From Desulfatiglandales bacterium (lineage in GTDB: Bacteria; Desulfobacterota; DSM-4660; Desulfatiglandales; HGW-15): a stretch of DNA of 64,000 nt. Of this stretch, positions 28,317 through 39,109 are shown piece by piece. Both the position numbers and the translations under genes were made by a program. Below the pieces are notes generated by a model, which did not search any database, was not told the DNA's origin, and saw only the letters and a list, made by a program, of their open reading frames with translations. The stretch lies in the NCBI GenBank assembly GCA_963667015.2, contig CAXXJJ010000001.1, positions 1,472,001-1,536,000 of the forward strand, read 5' to 3'. How positions within the stretch are numbered: position 1 is the stretch's first letter; every line of letters begins with the position of its first letter.

Positions 28317-31265
28317 ATGCCACCCAAAAAGAAAAAAGTTTCACCTGTCAAGAAGGTTCCGGCCTCCAAAACAAAAGCGAAGCAAAAACCGGAAATAAAG
28401 GATTTTACTGTGGTCGGTATCGGTGCTTCTGCAGGCGGACTGGAAACCCTTGAGGCCTTTTTCCGCAATATGCCGCCAGATCCGGGTATTGCCTTTGTAA
28501 TAATCCAGCACCTGAGTCCTACCCACAAGAGCATCATGGCAGAGCTGCTGGCCAGACACACAACAATGACAGTCCGGCAAATCGAGGACGCCACTCCCCT
28601 TGAACCCAACTGTGTTTATCTCAATCCACCTGATAAGAACGTGGCTGTTTTCAACCGGGTCCTTCACCTTATGGAGCCTGTAAAAACCGGTGCAATCAAT
28701 ATGCCTGTGGATTACTTTTTCCGTATCCTGTCTGAGGATCAGAAAGAACGAGCCATAGCCATTATTCTGTCAGGGACTGCCTCGGATGGGACCCTGGGTA
28801 TCAAATCCGTCAAGGAGGAAGGCGGCATGGTCATGGTCCAGGAACCTGATACGGCCAAATATGGAGGCATGCCAAAAAGCGCAATTGAAACCGGCCTGGT
28901 CGATTTTATTCTTCCCGTGGAAAAGATGCCGGAGTATCTTGTGCGGTATGTCAAACATCCGGTTATAAAAAAAACCGGCAGGACCGGTTCGGATTTAACC
29001 GGCAGCGAGTCCCAGTTTCAGAAAATATTCGCACTGATCCGGAGTGCCACGGGACATGATTTTTCCCATTATAAACGAAGCACCATAGAACGCCGGATTG
29101 AACGTCGACTGGCAGTCCATCAGATCGATTCTCTTCCCGACTACATCCTGTTTCTTCAAAAATACCCTGCAGAGATAGAAACCCTGTTCAAGAATCTGGT
29201 TATAGGTGTTACCAGTTTTTTCAGGGATACTGAGGCCTTTAATGTGATAGGCGAAACGGTGAATGAAAAATTGCTGGAGGCAAAACGCACGGAAGATGCT
29301 ATGCGCTGCTGGGTTGTGGGGTGCTCAACCGGTGAAGAGGCATATTCACTGGCGATTCTCATATCAGAGGCCATGACAAAACTTGATAAAAATATCAATG
29401 TCCAGATCTTTGCAACAGACATCGATACAACTGCCATCGAGGTTGCCCGCAAGGGGGTTTATCCTGCCGGCATTGCCGAGAGCGTTTCAGGAGAACGTTT
29501 GAGCAGGTTTTTTGTCAGGGAGGATGGTTTATTCAAGATCAAAAAGCAGATCCGTGATATGGTAGTTTTTTCCGTTCAAAACGTCATCAAGGATCCTCCC
29601 TTTTCACGGCTGGATATGGTGACATGCCGGAACCTGATGATCTACCTGGAAGCTACACTCCAGAAAAAAATCATACCCACATTTCATTACACATTAAATC
29701 CCGGAGGAGTCCTGATGCTGGGGACATCAGAGTCTATCGGTGAGTTCATGGATCTGTTCGGGCCGGTAGACAGCAAGTGGAAAGTCTATAAGCGGAAAGA
29801 AAATCTTTCGAGCGATATTTTCTATAATACAAAAGGTATTACATACGAAAGATCAAGGGGCACCGGGCCGGGCGCAAATCAAACAATACCTGTACCAACC
29901 AATATCCAGGCCATGGCCGAAAAGGCGATAATGGACGGGTTCGCGCCCTCCGGCGTTCTGGTCAATGACAAATACGAGATTCAGCATTTTGTCGGAAGGA
30001 CGGAAAAATACCTTGTTCCGCCCACAGGCAAACCCAGTTTCAATATCCTGACCATGGTCCGTCAGGATCTCAAATATAAACTGATAACGGCCCTTAATAA
30101 GGCCTTTCGTGATAAAAAGCATACCCTGTACAAGGGTGTCCGGATCAAATTAAATGGTTCTGTCAGCATGGTTGACATCAGTGTGAGTCCGCTTTCAGAA
30201 AATGACAACCCGACCGGATTGATGCTTGTAGTATTTGAAGACAAAACACCGTCGCCGGTTACAGATGTCACACCTGACCAGAAACCTGAAAAAAAGAAAC
30301 AGACTTCGGAAATAAAACAGCTGGAACATGAACTTCAGTCCACCCGGGAATATCTCCAGTCCACCATCGAAGAGCTGGAAACCTCCAATGAGGAGCTCAA
30401 ATCGTCCAATGAAGAGCTGCAGTCGGTCAACGAAGAAATGCAGAGCACCAATGAGGAGCTGGAAACGTCAAAGGAGGAGCTGCAATCGACCAATGAGGAG
30501 CTGTCCACGGTCAATTCCGAGCTGCAGAACAAGGTGGATGAGCTTTCAAAGTCCAGCAATGACATGAACAATCTGCTGGCTGCCACAGAGATCGCCTCGA
30601 TCTTTTTAGACACAAGTCTCCGCATAAAGCGCTATACACCCGCGGCAGCCGGAATAATAAAATTGATCCAGACAGATATCGGCAGGCCGATCGGGGACCT
30701 GAAAACAAGTTTCCCCGGGATAGATCTGGCTGAACAGGCGCAAAAGGTGCTATCGGACCTCAACACGATCAATATGGACATATTATCTGAAGACAACATC
30801 TGGTACACCTTAAAGATGATGCCCTACAGGACCATTGAAAATGTCATTGAAGGTGTCGTAATGACCTTTATAAATATCCATGAGGTAAAAAAGGCAGATG
30901 TATTCAGGCGGTTTGCAGTGGTCCTTGCAGACTCTAACGACGCTGTTTCAGTCCTGGATTTTAAAGGAAAGATCACTGCCTGGAACAAAGGTGCTGAGGC
31001 CATGTATGGCTACAGCGAAGCAGAGGCCCTGAATATGAATTTTGCGACACTTTTGCCGGAAGACCGACAGGATGAGATCAAAGAGATCGCTGCCAGATTA
31101 CGTAAGGGGGAAACCAAAAAATCCTTCAGGAGCCAAAGAAAGACCAGGGACGGGAAGATTTTGAACATCTGGCTGACCGCTACAATACTGAAGGATGAAA
31201 CAGGGCAGCCCGCGGAGATGGCAATCACCGAACGTGATCTGGCGTGGCTGGGGGAGGATGGGTGA
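28317..31265 (+). CDS. cheBR: CheB methylesterase - CheR methyltransferase - coiled coil - PAS fusion
   Basis: GASAGG/QHL/SGTASDG CheB triad; GVTSFFRD, GCSTGEEAYS, ATDID, CRNLMIY CheR motifs; EELxSxN heptads; C-terminal PAS. Confidence 0.95.
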   Translation: MPPKKKKVSPVKKVPASKTKAKQKPEIKDFTVVGIGASAGGLETLEAFFRNMPPDPGIAFVIIQHLSPTHKSIMAELLARHTTMTVRQIEDATPLEPNCVYLNPPDKNVAVFNRVLHLMEPVKTGAINMPVDYFFRILSEDQKERAIAIILSGTASDGTLGIKSVKEEGGMVMVQEPDTAKYGGMPKSAIETGLVDFILPVEKMPEYLVRYVKHPVIKKTGRTGSDLTGSESQFQKIFALIRSATGHDFSHYKRSTIERRIERRLAVHQIDSLPDYILFLQKYPAEIETLFKNLVIGVTSFFRDTEAFNVIGETVNEKLLEAKRTEDAMRCWVVGCSTGEEAYSLAILISEAMTKLDKNINVQIFATDIDTTAIEVARKGVYPAGIAESVSGERLSRFFVREDGLFKIKKQIRDMVVFSVQNVIKDPPFSRLDMVTCRNLMIYLEATLQKKIIPTFHYTLNPGGVLMLGTSESIGEFMDLFGPVDSKWKVYKRKENLSSDIFYNTKGITYERSRGTGPGANQTIPVPTNIQAMAEKAIMDGFAPSGVLVNDKYEIQHFVGRTEKYLVPPTGKPSFNILTMVRQDLKYKLITALNKAFRDKKHTLYKGVRIKLNGSVSMVDISVSPLSENDNPTGLMLVVFEDKTPSPVTDVTPDQKPEKKKQTSEIKQLEHELQSTREYLQSTIEELETSNEELKSSNEELQSVNEEMQSTNEELETSKEELQSTNEELSTVNSELQNKVDELSKSSNDMNNLLAATEIASIFLDTSLRIKRYTPAAAGIIKLIQTDIGRPIGDLKTSFPGIDLAEQAQKVLSDLNTINMDILSEDNIWYTLKMMPYRTIENVIEGVVMTFINIHEVKKADVFRRFAVVLADSNDAVSVLDFKGKITAWNKGAEAMYGYSEAEALNMNFATLLPEDRQDEIKEIAARLRKGETKKSFRSQRKTRDGKILNIWLTATILKDETGQPAEMAITERDLAWLGEDG
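30325..30560 (+). repeat. 21-nt coding tandem repeat (EELxS/TxN heptads)
   Basis: Recurrent GARGAGCTGCARTCSACCAAT-like units. Confidence 0.85.
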
Positions 31266-31340
31266 TTTGCGATTGTTGATTTATGATTGAAAAACAATCG
31301 CCAATGAATCAATCAACAATCATAACAGGAGATGGTGTGA

Positions 31341-33092
31341 ATGGATGCGAAGAAAAAAATAAAAGGCAATCAGGAGAATTCCGATCTTCGTCGGTTTGCC
31401 CAAAAAGAGCTCATGGAAGACTCGGATGACCTTTATAATTTCACCGGAAAGTCTCACGAAGATATGGCCGCACTGATTCATGCGCTGCGCGTGCATCAGA
31501 TCGAATTAAAGATGCAAAACGAAGAGCTCCGGCGCATACAGGAGGAGCTTGAAAGGACAAAAAGCCGCTATTCTCATCTCTATGACTTTTCCCCTGTGGG
31601 GTATCTTACAGTGAATGAAAAAGGGGCCATAACGGAGATAAACCTCACAATGACACTTATGCTGGGTTTCGAACGAGAGGATCTGATCGGAAAAATGTTC
31701 TCACACTTTATAATGAATGAAGATCAGGATATTTTCTACCGATCCCGACAAAACCTGATGAGAGCTGAAATCCCCGAGATATTTGAATTGCGGTTGTTGA
31801 AAAAGGATAGACATCCGTTTTTTGCCCGTATGGAATGTATGATTTTAAAATCCGGGGTGGATGAATCAATGGAAATCAGGGCAGCGGTCAGCGACATCTC
31901 TGATAGAAAACTGGCAGAAAATGAGCGCGATATCCTAAGGGATCAACTCCTCCAGTCGCAAAAGCTTGAATCCATTGGTACACTTGCCGGTGGAATTGCA
32001 CATGAATTTAATAACATTCTCAGCATCATCATAGGTAATAACGAATTGGTAATAGATGAATTGCCTGAATGGAGTCACGCAAGGGAAAATACAGAAGATA
32101 TTCGGGTTGCCTGTCTGCGCGCCAGGGATGTTGTAAAGCAGCTCCTTTTATTTGGCCAACAAACTGATCAAAATAAAAAGCCCATTCAAACAGGATTTGT
32201 TATCAGGGAATCCGTTAAATTGATCCGGTCATCCACGCCGGCAAATATCGATATTAACCAGAATATTGCAGATGATGTTGCCCCTATTTTGGGAAACGCC
32301 ACCCAGATCAATCAATTGCTCATCAATCTTTGCACCAATGCTACTGATGCCATGATCAATACAGGTGGAGCTATTACAATTTGTCTCAATAATGAGATCA
32401 TTGATGAAAAAGTTGCGAATTCACATGCTTCATTAAGTCCTGGTCGATATGTCAAACTTATGGTTAGCGATACTGGTCATGGAATTGACAAACATACGCT
32501 GGATAGAATATTTGAGCCCTATTTTACCACCAAGGCAATAGGCAAGGGCACGGGCATTGGACTGGCTGTTGTTCATGGAATCGTCGAAAAACACAGTGGC
32601 ATTATCTGGGCTGAAAGTTCACCGGGCAAAGGAGTGCTATTCACTGTTTTGCTTCCTGCTTATGAAGGGTATGTTGAGGTGGAGCGAGAAGAGAAGATCG
32701 TTTTACCTGAAGGACATGAGCGTATTCTTTTTGTAGATGACGAGCCGTCACTATTAAAATTGGGGAAATATCGATTGGAAAGCCTGGGTTATGAAGTCCA
32801 GGGTTCCACAGATTCATCTGAAGCATTGGCGATGTTTAAAAAAGACCCGGACTCATTTGACTTAATCATCACTGACATGGCTATGCCTAACATTACAGGC
32901 GACCAACTGTCCGTTGAAATCCTGAAGATCCGGCCAAACATGCCAATATTACTTTGCACAGGGTATAGCGAGAAGATTTCTGAAAAAAAAGCATATGATA
33001 TCGGTATATGTTCATTTATCATGAAGCCTCTTGATAAAAAGGATTTCGCTGTAAGGGTACGGAAAATTCTTGATGAAAAAAATATGGAATAA
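31341..33092 (+). CDS. Hybrid PAS histidine kinase with receiver domain
   Basis: LRVHQIELKMQNEELR, PAS, GGIAHEFNN, EPYFTTK, GTGIGL, C-terminal VDDE/TDMAMP/KP. Confidence 0.95.
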   Translation: MDAKKKIKGNQENSDLRRFAQKELMEDSDDLYNFTGKSHEDMAALIHALRVHQIELKMQNEELRRIQEELERTKSRYSHLYDFSPVGYLTVNEKGAITEINLTMTLMLGFEREDLIGKMFSHFIMNEDQDIFYRSRQNLMRAEIPEIFELRLLKKDRHPFFARMECMILKSGVDESMEIRAAVSDISDRKLAENERDILRDQLLQSQKLESIGTLAGGIAHEFNNILSIIIGNNELVIDELPEWSHARENTEDIRVACLRARDVVKQLLLFGQQTDQNKKPIQTGFVIRESVKLIRSSTPANIDINQNIADDVAPILGNATQINQLLINLCTNATDAMINTGGAITICLNNEIIDEKVANSHASLSPGRYVKLMVSDTGHGIDKHTLDRIFEPYFTTKAIGKGTGIGLAVVHGIVEKHSGIIWAESSPGKGVLFTVLLPAYEGYVEVEREEKIVLPEGHERILFVDDEPSLLKLGKYRLESLGYEVQGSTDSSEALAMFKKDPDSFDLIITDMAMPNITGDQLSVEILKIRPNMPILLCTGYSEKISEKKAYDIGICSFIMKPLDKKDFAVRVRKILDEKNME

Positions 33093-33229
33093 GAGAGGGT
33101 ACCGCCTCTCCTGCCATAAGTACATGAGTTCGTATCAGTCTTTATTGCAGCCAGAAAAATATTAAAAAAAATTATGAGCAATTTTATGTTTTTCAATCGC
33201 CAATCGCAGATGAACAACCGTTAGAGGAG

Positions 33230-34783
33230 ATGATGAATAAGATTAACGGCTTTCCTGAAGAGTCCACACTCAGGCGGAGTGCCGAGGAAAAATTAAAAGA
33301 AGCTGCCGGAGGCAGCAAAGATCTTTCGGAAATGCCGCCCGAAAAAATAGCGGGTCTCATTCATGAGCTTAAGGTTCATCAGGTTGAGCTGGAAATGCAG
33401 AACGATGAACTGCGCCGCGTCCAGGCCGAGCTTGAAAAAACAAGTGATAAATACTCTCATCTGTATGATTTAGCGCCGATCGGTTATCTAACGATCAGTG
33501 ATAAGGGAATGATTCTGGAGGCAAATCTTACATGCGCCTCCATGCTGGGGATTGAACGGCGATTGCTGATCGGGATGCCATTTTCCCGTTTCATTAACAG
33601 GGATGATCAGGATATTTTTTATCTTAACCGGATGAAACTTATTGAAAGTCAGTCCAGACAGATATTCGAACTAAGAATTATTAAAAAAGACGGCAAACAA
33701 TTTTACGCCCAGCTTGAAAGCATTGCCATGCATATTTCTGATAGTGATCAAATACATTTTCGAACAGCAATGTCCGATATCAGCGAACGCAGAGAAGCAA
33801 GGGAGATACTTGACAGGAACATGGCAGAGCTTAACCAGCGGGTGAAGGAATTAAACTGCCTTTATAAAATATCAAAGATTCGGGAGGCACCGGAAATTCC
33901 CCTGGAAGAGATCCTTCAGACAGTAGTTGATACCCTGCCTCCTTCCTGGCAATACCCGGATATTGCCTGTTCCAGAATAACCTTTGACAGAAAAGAGTAT
34001 AAATCGAAAAACTTCAAAGAAACCGGATGGAAACAATGTACCGACATCGTGGTAGGAAACAAACCGGCCGGAATTGCAGGTATATATTATTTAAAAGAAA
34101 TGCCTGAAAGGGATGAAGGCCCATTTCTGAAGGAAGAAAGAAGCCTTATCAATGCTGTTGCCGAACGGATTGGAAAAATAATAGAATTCAAGGAAATGCA
34201 AAAAAAATTACAAACCGCCCGTGATGATTTGGAAAAGAAGGTTGAGGAAAGAACCGCCGATATTGCCAGGACAAACAGGTTACTGGAAAAAGAGATAGTT
34301 GATCGGAAAAAGGCGGAAAAGATATTAAGTGAAAATGAGATGAAGCTCAAAAAGCAGGCCATTCACCTTGAGGAAATGAACACAGCGCTCAATGTTCTCC
34401 TGGAGCACAGGGAGGAAGAAAGAATCAAACTGGAAGAGAATATTATAGCAAATATTAACAGGCTGGTGTTGCCCAACCTGGAAAAGCTTGGAAAAGGGAA
34501 GTTAAGTGCCGATAAAAGGTTATATATAGAAGTCATCAAATCAAATATTGAAGAAATTATTTCTCCCTTTTCAGTCAGGCTGTCTTCAGTCGATCCTGCC
34601 CTTACCCCGACAGAATTAAAGGTGGCCAATTTTGTTAAGGAAGGACTGACCAGCAAGGAGATTGCATCCATGCTGAATATATCCCATAATACCGTAATGT
34701 TTCACAGAAAGAAAATCAGAAATAAGCTTGGTTTAACAAACAGGAAGACAAACTTCCGGTCCTACATTAAGTCCCTCACATAA
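33230..34783 (+). CDS. PAS + LuxR-HTH transcriptional regulator
   Basis: ELKVHQVELEMQNDELR, PAS, ERVKELNCLY-type GAF-like segment, LTPTELKVA...TSKEIA...HRKKIRNKLG. Confidence 0.92.
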   Translation: MMNKINGFPEESTLRRSAEEKLKEAAGGSKDLSEMPPEKIAGLIHELKVHQVELEMQNDELRRVQAELEKTSDKYSHLYDLAPIGYLTISDKGMILEANLTCASMLGIERRLLIGMPFSRFINRDDQDIFYLNRMKLIESQSRQIFELRIIKKDGKQFYAQLESIAMHISDSDQIHFRTAMSDISERREAREILDRNMAELNQRVKELNCLYKISKIREAPEIPLEEILQTVVDTLPPSWQYPDIACSRITFDRKEYKSKNFKETGWKQCTDIVVGNKPAGIAGIYYLKEMPERDEGPFLKEERSLINAVAERIGKIIEFKEMQKKLQTARDDLEKKVEERTADIARTNRLLEKEIVDRKKAEKILSENEMKLKKQAIHLEEMNTALNVLLEHREEERIKLEENIIANINRLVLPNLEKLGKGKLSADKRLYIEVIKSNIEEIISPFSVRLSSVDPALTPTELKVANFVKEGLTSKEIASMLNISHNTVMFHRKKIRNKLGLTNRKTNFRSYIKSLT

Positions 34784-34860
34784 TTAATACTGATAGTATT
34801 TTGTACCCAATTTATACCTGATTACTACCCATTGTCCCCTGCCTGTTTTGTGTTAATATT

Positions 34861-35382
34861 ATGCATTTAAACCTAGAAAGGATGGAGATAGCATATGAAA
34901 AAAATCTTCCAGTGGATGATGATGACTCAATCCGGCTTCTTTATGACTATGAATTTACAGATGAGGGATATAGCGTCACAGGCACTAACAGAGATGATAA
35001 CCTTTTGGAAATGATTGGCAATATAAAGCCGGATGTTATTGTTATGGATAAAAAGCTGAAAAACCTTGACGGGACAAAAGTTATCCGGGAGATCCGAAAT
35101 TCTTACCATGACACACCGGTTATCCTATGCACTACTGCATATGAGACTTATAAAAATAATATGGAGTCCATTGGTACAGATTTTCTTGTTAAGAAGAGTT
35201 CCGATTTAACTGAATTGAAAAACACAGTCAAATTAGCAATAAGCCCTTCTGACGAGTCTCAGCCAAAAAAATCACATGCGAAAAACGAAAAGATTTTCCT
35301 GCCGAGTTTATTCAGAGAACAAATTGAACTGGGTATCAAAGGTTTGCGCCATGATCTGGAGGTTGAGAAAGGAGGGGTTTAA
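34861..35382 (+). CDS. Response regulator receiver protein, probably frameshifted just after its true start (ATG 34895)
   Basis: VDDDDSIRLL, PDVIVMD, ILCTTAY, VKKSSDL; the RBS-preceded ATG AAA AAA ATC (MKKI) is one base out of frame. Confidence 0.7.
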   Translation: MHLNLERMEIAYEKNLPVDDDDSIRLLYDYEFTDEGYSVTGTNRDDNLLEMIGNIKPDVIVMDKKLKNLDGTKVIREIRNSYHDTPVILCTTAYETYKNNMESIGTDFLVKKSSDLTELKNTVKLAISPSDESQPKKSHAKNEKIFLPSLFREQIELGIKGLRHDLEVEKGGV

Positions 35383-35530
35383 ATGGAGATGTTACAAGGA
35401 GACAGCATGAAGGCAGCTAACACACTCAGTAAACTTAAAGCAACCCCCGGGAATACAGAAACCAATCCACCGGTGAATCCTCTGGCGTCTTATGCCGGAC
35501 GAAAAACGAGAATATTGATTGTTGATGATA

Positions 35531-36647
35531 TTAACCCGGCAATTAAATAGGAGACTATCAAGCAGCATAAGCAATCTTAGGGTGTTTAAAATATTTTTTA
35601 ACACGTCCAGGTAGTTTTTGAAGCTTTCTCAAATGAGAAATAGCTTTTTGCTTGAGTTCTTTTTTTGTTCTGGCTGGAATACCAGAATGTACACCGACCT
35701 TTAGGTCGCAGTTTAGGTATTCATCAGGATTTAATTCCGGTGAATATGATGGAAGAAAGAACAACTCAATTTTGTCTTCATGTTCTTTCAGCCAGTCTTT
35801 GACAATATAGCTATGATGGACTTTCAAATTATCTACAATCAAAAAGATTTTTTTATCAGCATCTTTGATCAATCGTTCCATGAATTTGATCATCGTTTGG
35901 GAATTCATCTTGTTTTTATAAACCATAAAACGAACTTTACCTTGATTGGTGACAGAGGAAATCAGGTTGACGCGCTGGCACCTGGGATGAAGCCTAATCG
36001 CCGGTGTTTCACCACGAGGAGCGTAACTTCTTCCATGGTAACTGTCGTTACACAATCCAGTCTCATCCCCCCAATGAATTTCCGCGGTCTCTTTTTTTGC
36101 ACGTTTGGAAATATCCGAGTATTCTGTCTCCAACCAAGCTTTGACTGCTTTTGGATTTTGTTTATAGGCTTTCTTCAGTGGTTTTTGTGGAGTAAAATTC
36201 CATCTGTTCAGATACTCGCCAACAGTTCTGATCGGCATATCTATATTCCACAATTGTTTGATGAGTTGCTGTACGGCAATGCGTGTCCACAAAGCAAATG
36301 GTAATTTCATTTGGTCAGGGCATTTGTCTTGTATAGCTTTTTGCAATTCTTTTTCCTGATCAGGTGTCAACGTGCGGCAACTGCCCTTTGGACGGCCACG
36401 CTTTTTAATTTTAAGGGCTTTATTACCTTCTTTTTGATAAAGAGCCCACCATGTACTGCAAATGGATCGGCTCACTCCTGTAATGGCACTGATCTCATTA
36501 TGCGTTCGTCCCTGTTTTCGGAGTCGAATGACTTGATTACGAATTTGTTGTTGGGCATCAGTGCTGAGTTTCCTTGCGTCTATTTTTTCCATGATCGTGT
36601 TATAACAAAATACGATCCATTTGTTAAGTATTTTGTTGCCGGGTTAA
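35531..36647 (-). mobile_element. IS630-family insertion sequence (about 1.1 kb)
   Basis: TIRs TTAACCCGGCAA / TTGCCGGGTTAA; TA target duplication at 35529-30 and 36648-49. Confidence 0.95.
35558..36592 (-). CDS. IS630-family transposase
   Basis: HTH, WGDETG, IVDNLKVH, LPSYSPELNPDE (DDE). Confidence 0.96.
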   Translation of the reverse strand: MEKIDARKLSTDAQQQIRNQVIRLRKQGRTHNEISAITGVSRSICSTWWALYQKEGNKALKIKKRGRPKGSCRTLTPDQEKELQKAIQDKCPDQMKLPFALWTRIAVQQLIKQLWNIDMPIRTVGEYLNRWNFTPQKPLKKAYKQNPKAVKAWLETEYSDISKRAKKETAEIHWGDETGLCNDSYHGRSYAPRGETPAIRLHPRCQRVNLISSVTNQGKVRFMVYKNKMNSQTMIKFMERLIKDADKKIFLIVDNLKVHHSYIVKDWLKEHEDKIELFFLPSYSPELNPDEYLNCDLKVGVHSGIPARTKKELKQKAISHLRKLQKLPGRVKKYFKHPKIAYAA

Positions 36648-37050
36648 TAATGAATCCATTCGGCGTATTATGTCAGAGTATCTTATTTGCATCGGGTTTG
36701 ATGTGATTGAGGCAATTAATGGTTATATGGGGCAACATCTATTTCTAAACACAGTTTTTAATCTTGTTATTACGGATTTAGAGATGCCGGTAATGGATGG
36801 CTGGACACTGGCATTCAACATCAAGAAAGAAGCACCTGATACACCGGTCATCATGGTGACCGGCATGGCTGAAGAGAGTTTCATGCAAAATATAAAAGAG
36901 GATTGTATTGATATTGTCATGTTTAAACCCTTTAGAATGAAAGAACTGGAGGAAAACATTAAACTAATGTTAGATCCGGGATGTTATTAAAAGGTCCTCT
37001 CTTCAGAAAGTTGATCATATCCGCAATCTTTCACAGGGAGATATTTCAGA

Positions 37051-37455
37051 ATGGAAAACTTAATGAAAATTACCGAAGACAGGCTGGTTAGAAAAGGCGT
37101 CGAATCCAATAATCACCCGGCCTTTATAAGAGACCTGGTTAATAGTTACACTTCCCATTCAAATCATACTATTCAGGAATTGAATGAGCGAATGAAATCT
37201 TTGGGATGGAATGATATTGAACTTGATGATCACACTGTACAACTAATAATGGCAATTTCTGAAAATATAGAAATGGTTCTTAATAACAGCTGGGAAGAAG
37301 AAAATATTCAGAAATATTTGAAGTACTGGAATAATGATTATCCGTATTTGAAAACAAATAAAGATAATGAACCAACATTGTTGCCTGTACTGGAAAATTC
37401 AAAAATTCAGCGCCATATTAGAGATTTTAATAAGACATCAGGATTTATAAGGTAA
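37051..37455 (+). CDS. Hypothetical protein
   Basis: RBS GGGAG; PAFIRDL...LNERMKSLGWNDIELDDHTVQL. Confidence 0.7.
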   Translation: MENLMKITEDRLVRKGVESNNHPAFIRDLVNSYTSHSNHTIQELNERMKSLGWNDIELDDHTVQLIMAISENIEMVLNNSWEEENIQKYLKYWNNDYPYLKTNKDNEPTLLPVLENSKIQRHIRDFNKTSGFIR

Positions 37456-37556
37456 CGTTAGGTCTATTATCGAAAGGCTTTCGCCGCCAGAGGAGGTTAA
37501 AATAGATTCTCGGATGCGCGTGCATCTAATCTGCTGACCTTATCATAAAATGAAAA

Positions 37557-38828
37557 ATGATTTGCAAGGAGATAATAACGGCATTTTGGGAATATATTGT
37601 TCCTTCCATAGAAACAGAGGGCTCAGTTATGTATGATTCTGATACCAGACAGATTTACAGAGAGTTTAAAAATTTCCCCTTATTTCTCCAACCTATCGAG
37701 GATGCAAAGAAAAGTGAATATTATATAAGGCAACTCGAAGAGCTCCTTAAAAAGCAGACGGCCGAAATCAGACTTGCAAGGGAAGAGGCTATAAAAAACA
37801 AACAAATCACTGAAGCGGCGCTTTTAGAAATAAAAAGATTGAAAGACCGGCTTGAAGCTGAGCGGGCCTATCTCCAGGAAGAAATCAGGCTGGAAAACAA
37901 TCATGAGAACATAATCGGACAGAGTGACGGCCTTAAATATGTTCTCTATAAGATCGAACAGATTGCGGGCACAAATTCCAATGTGCTGGTTCTTGGCGAA
38001 ACCGGAACCGGCAAAGAGCTTGTAGCCCGAGCCATTCATGGTTTGAGTCAGCGCAAAGAAAGGGCAATGGTGAAAGTTGATTGCGCAACACTGCCTTCAA
38101 ACCTAATCGAAAGCGAGTTGTTCGGTCATGAAAAAGGAGCATTCACAGGCGCCAATTTAAGGCATTCAGGGCGATTTGAGGTTGCCGACGGAACCACACT
38201 CTTTCTGGATGAAATAGGTGAACTGCCACTTGAGCTTCAGCCCAAACTTCTCAGGGTTATACAGGATGGAGAATTTGAAAGGCTGGGCAGTTCTCACACA
38301 GTCAAAGTCAAGGTGCGCATTATCGCGGCTACAAACCGCAATCTGGAAAAGGAGGTCAGTAAAGGCCTGTTCCGTGAAGATCTCTGGTACCGTCTGAATG
38401 TCTTCCCCATTACCATGCCGCCTCTAAGGGATCGACTGGAGGACATCCCCCTGCTTGTTGATTTTTATGTGAAAAAGATATCCAAACGAATGGGCAAGTC
38501 CATTGAAATCATTCCTTCAAACGTGATGGAGACCTTACATAATTATAACTGGCCCGGCAATGTCCGGGAACTGGAAAATGTTCTTGAACGTGCGATAATC
38601 AACTCTTCCGGACCAAAATTGCGTCTGGTGGATGAACTTAAACAAACAGGAAAGGATTTATTGACTTCACAAAAAACCATGGAAGCGGTTGAACGGGATC
38701 ATATTCTGCAGGTCCTTGAACAGACCCAGTGGAAGGTCAGCGGTAAAAACGGGTCGGCAGAGATCCTTGGGCTAAATCGCAGCACTTTGCGGGCCCGAAT
38801 GAGAAAGCTTGGTATCCTCAGACCATAG
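37557..38828 (+). CDS. Sigma54-dependent Fis-family activator, PAS-less paralog of 22961-24565
   Basis: [29 protein letters not shown], Fis HTH; N-terminus retains only the PAS tail (RQIYREFKN); start uncertain. Confidence 0.93.
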   Translation: MICKEIITAFWEYIVPSIETEGSVMYDSDTRQIYREFKNFPLFLQPIEDAKKSEYYIRQLEELLKKQTAEIRLAREEAIKNKQITEAALLEIKRLKDRLEAERAYLQEEIRLENNHENIIGQSDGLKYVLYKIEQIAGTNSNVLVLGETGTGKELVARAIHGLSQRKERAMVKVDCATLPSNLIESELFGHEKGAFTGANLRHSGRFEVADGTTLFLDEIGELPLELQPKLLRVIQDGEFERLGSSHTVKVKVRIIAATNRNLEKEVSKGLFREDLWYRLNVFPITMPPLRDRLEDIPLLVDFYVKKISKRMGKSIEIIPSNVMETLHNYNWPGNVRELENVLERAIINSSGPKLRLVDELKQTGKDLLTSQKTMEAVERDHILQVLEQTQWKVSGKNGSAEILGLNRSTLRARMRKLGILRP

Positions 38829-38882
38829 AACGTCCTGAAAATTTACCTGTTATCTACAACAGCGCATAATTATTCCCGGTAT

Positions 38883-39030
38883 GGTTATATATGACCATTT
38901 GTTATGTGCAGCCATTATTTTAATTCGATTCTATCTTCTCCATTAATCCTTTGGGATTGAATATTTAATGTTAAATCAAATGGTTGGATAAAGGCGGACT
39001 TTACGTGCCCTGTCTGGCACGAAGTGTGTA
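38883..39030 (+). promoter_or_regulatory. Sigma54 promoter B with tandem enhancer and IHF-like site
   Basis: GGTTATATATGACC (38883) + TGTTATGTGCAGCC (38900); AATCAAATGGTTG (IHF consensus); TGGCAC-N5-GTGT at 39015. Confidence 0.7.
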
Positions 39031-39109
39031 TATGATAATGATACATTCGGAGTTTTTATAAGGGGCTGGAACTCTTTCTCATCAAAATTTAATAAGAAAG
39101 GATACAGTT

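Larger units (their letters stand above)
35407..36990 (+). pseudogene. Response regulator interrupted by IS630
   Basis: Excising the IS and one TA restores RILIVDDNESIRRIMSEYL...ITDLEMPVMDG...KPF; RBS AAGGAG before ATG 35407. Confidence 0.92.

Noticed and set aside
30325..30560. CRISPR-like periodic repeat
   Set aside because: 21-nt in-frame coding heptads with no spacers and no cas genes
28317..31265. Chemotaxis operon
   Set aside because: No MCP, CheA, CheW or flagellar genes in the window
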